DNA of 63,869 bases, counting the filler, from an uncultured bacterium (GTDB taxonomy: Bacteria > B130-G9): NCBI GenBank assembly GCA_965372715.1. It is 9 parts of 6 records of this genome, joined end to end, with 100 filler letters (N's around TTAATTAATTAA, not from the genome) between each part and the next. Parts side by side here need not be neighbours in the genome. Positions count along the whole stretch, not along the records: positions 37,973 to 63,869 come from CBDVDH010000054.1; 8 more parts are not named here. One strand, given 5' to 3'. Made by a program: the position numbers and the translations under genes. Shown one piece after another: positions 61,982 to 63,869 of the stretch. Positions within the stretch are counted from its first letter, which is position 1, and the number at the start of each line of letters is the position of its first letter. Below the pieces are notes generated by a model, which did no database searches, was not told the origin of the DNA, and was given only the letters and a program-made list of their open reading frames with translations.

Positions 61982-63388
61982 TCAATCTGTTCGTTTCCGA
62001 ACTGCCCACGCCTCAGCGCCAGCAGACAGCAGCAGCACAACTGCAAACACAAGCAAGAAGTTCATCGGGACACGGTGGCGCGCGGTCCCTACGTTAACAG
62101 CCGAGGACACCAGGCATGAATAAATCTGCCACGTTACAACCAGCAGGAACATTCTCCGCAAAGCCGGGGCCTTCTCAGAAGAGAAGGCCATGCGCTTCGC
62201 AAACGCGAGCTGAAGCGCAATTATGACGGGTATCATAAGAAACAGCGCGGACGCTACGAACTCAAACAGGCTCCAGACCAGCTGGATCAGTCTCGAGTTC
62301 CCGAACGACAGCTTCGAGACGGACGGGAACCAGTAATTGACGCAGGCATGGCCGACGACTGCAAGATAATGCATGGGCGATGCCAGTATCAAACGTATCT
62401 GCAGCCGGGTCATATAGCTGCACTGCTCCCCGATGCCCATTCCGGTAAGCTTTCTAAGCTCAGGCTCAGCCTGCCAAATATACATCAATCCGGTGTGGGA
62501 GCTGCCCCTTGCAGCAAGGCTTTCGTCCCGGTATTTGATCAAGAGCTCCCGGACCTCAGCGTGAGAATCCGGTATCCTCTCAAGGACAGGAACAGTTCTT
62601 GTGGCGAGAAACTGACCTTGCATGGTGCTCAGACCGAACCAACCAAAACGGACATAATTGGCGAAACTCCAACCGAGCACGAATACAGCGAAAGGTAGGA
62701 GAAACGCGGCCGTCATCTTGAGCATTTCCCCGCGGCGGAATCTACGTTTTCCGCGCACAAGGAGAGCAACTAGGCAGAAGACAAGGGTGACCGGCGAAAG
62801 CAGCATGAACGTTGGACGAACAAGCGCGACAATAGAGCAACACAGCCCCGCAATCCAAACGGGAACGTTGGCGAGGCTGTTTGGCTGACTTACACTATAC
62901 TCATCTTCTCTGAGGAACAGGTAGCAGCCCAAGAACCCAAGTGAAAGAAGCAGCTCCGCGGGCGCCTCAGTCATAATATACGCACAGTGGTCGGCGTAAG
63001 GTGGAAGCCATAGAACAAGCGCGGCAGCGATAGGAGCAATCATCGGCAGCCCCAGGTCTCGAATGACGTAAACTACTACCAGCACCACGACACCGTGCAT
63101 CAAGAGATGCGCAAGAAGCAGCAAGCGAGAGTTCGAATCCAGCGTTGTTACCCCTGTCAAGGCGGGTGTAAGAGAAGCCAGGGGGACACGGTGAGGGTTC
63201 GTCGGGAAACGTAGGTTAGCGATGTTATGTGCATTAACAAGATAGCCTTGTGTGTCGGCTGTGACGCGTGCGTACTTCCAGACTCCCCAGTAAACCAGGG
63301 CAGGCAATAGCACGAGAAGCACAACGGATACCAGCTTAGCGCGCCTGCTGAGTGCGCGATTTGCCGGTAGGATACCATCATTTAGCAC
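61982..63388 (-). CDS. Polytopic membrane protein, GT-C/PMT-like glycosyltransferase
   Basis: TADTQGY after the first TM, IMTE, LVRP, ARHRVP; GTG start after AAAGGAG. Confidence 0.7.
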   Translation of the reverse strand: MLNDGILPANRALSRRAKLVSVVLLVLLPALVYWGVWKYARVTADTQGYLVNAHNIANLRFPTNPHRVPLASLTPALTGVTTLDSNSRLLLLAHLLMHGVVVLVVVYVIRDLGLPMIAPIAAALVLWLPPYADHCAYIMTEAPAELLLSLGFLGCYLFLREDEYSVSQPNSLANVPVWIAGLCCSIVALVRPTFMLLSPVTLVFCLVALLVRGKRRFRRGEMLKMTAAFLLPFAVFVLGWSFANYVRFGWFGLSTMQGQFLATRTVPVLERIPDSHAEVRELLIKYRDESLAARGSSHTGLMYIWQAEPELRKLTGMGIGEQCSYMTRLQIRLILASPMHYLAVVGHACVNYWFPSVSKLSFGNSRLIQLVWSLFEFVASALFLMIPVIIALQLAFAKRMAFSSEKAPALRRMFLLVVTWQIYSCLVSSAVNVGTARHRVPMNFLLVFAVVLLLSAGAEAWAVRKRTD

Positions 63389-63794
63389 AACGACTCCTTT
63401 CTGGGAAAGTCGGACCCTAGCTAAACTAATCACCTCAACGTGCAAGAAGATACGTCAACCTACAGGGTGCGTCAACCCGAGACCATATCTACGGAGACCC
63501 TACCTGGAATCTAGATGCAAACCCTCAGAAGAGTTTTCGCAAGTGCTGGAAGGGTGTTTCTGAGTAAGTCCCTGTCTGGGTGATAACTGAAAGACGTCCA
63601 AGTGGGATCGTGCCGAAGGGAAAGTCACCTGTCGTTTCCCTCGAAGGCAATTAGCAGATATGACGGCAAGACTCGACAGTCCCAGAGATCCATGCAGAAC
63701 TAACGCGGCGCAGACGGGGCGGGGGATCGTGCCGTTTCCACCAACAGAAAGCCTCTGAAGCAGACCATTACGCAAACTGCTCTGCCGGTCGGCC

Positions 63795-63823
63795 TTGACA
63801 TCGTCCCGCCTATTGGCTAGTGT
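63795..63823 (+). promoter_or_regulatory. Putative sigma70 promoter for a gene beyond the window
   Basis: TTGACA-17 nt-TAGTGT. Confidence 0.45.
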
Positions 63824-63869
63824 AGTGTATCTTATTTACCTTTCACATACGAGGTTGTAGAGCGGGGCC

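Overview
This window is a pseudo-scaffold of nine contigs joined by eight artificial N50-TTAATTAATTAA-N linkers, so genes on opposite sides of a linker need not be neighbours. It comes from a GC-rich, probably anaerobic diderm bacterium; the secreted-protein repertoire suggests an uncultured lineage such as Ca. Coatesbacteria (inference only). Housekeeping content: guaA 3' end, lemA cluster, polyprenyl synthase, AmmeMemoRadiSam radical SAM, PLP aminotransferase, fliA, tldD, mlaF, dprA, M16 and M42 peptidases, a complete F1Fo operon, an ftsB-like gene and two tRNA-Met genes. Accessory content: glycan-modification genes, signalling kinases and many secreted beta-propeller or beta-helix proteins. 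The strongest finding is a Na+-type F1Fo operon encoding both a normal single-hairpin c subunit and a 320-aa four-hairpin c subunit whose last two hairpins have Gln instead of the ion-binding Glu, implying an unusual hybrid rotor. Other notable points: a shared C-terminal domain on unrelated secreted proteins, an ATP-grasp/FMN hydroxy-acid dehydrogenase fusion next to an aminotransferase, and a 48-bp duplicated promoter bracketing an inserted gene. Intergenic DNA holds several REP-like palindrome families, including one in-frame inside a gene and REP doublets carried inside a TIR-bounded MITE. No transposase, CRISPR array, rRNA or phage gene was recognised.
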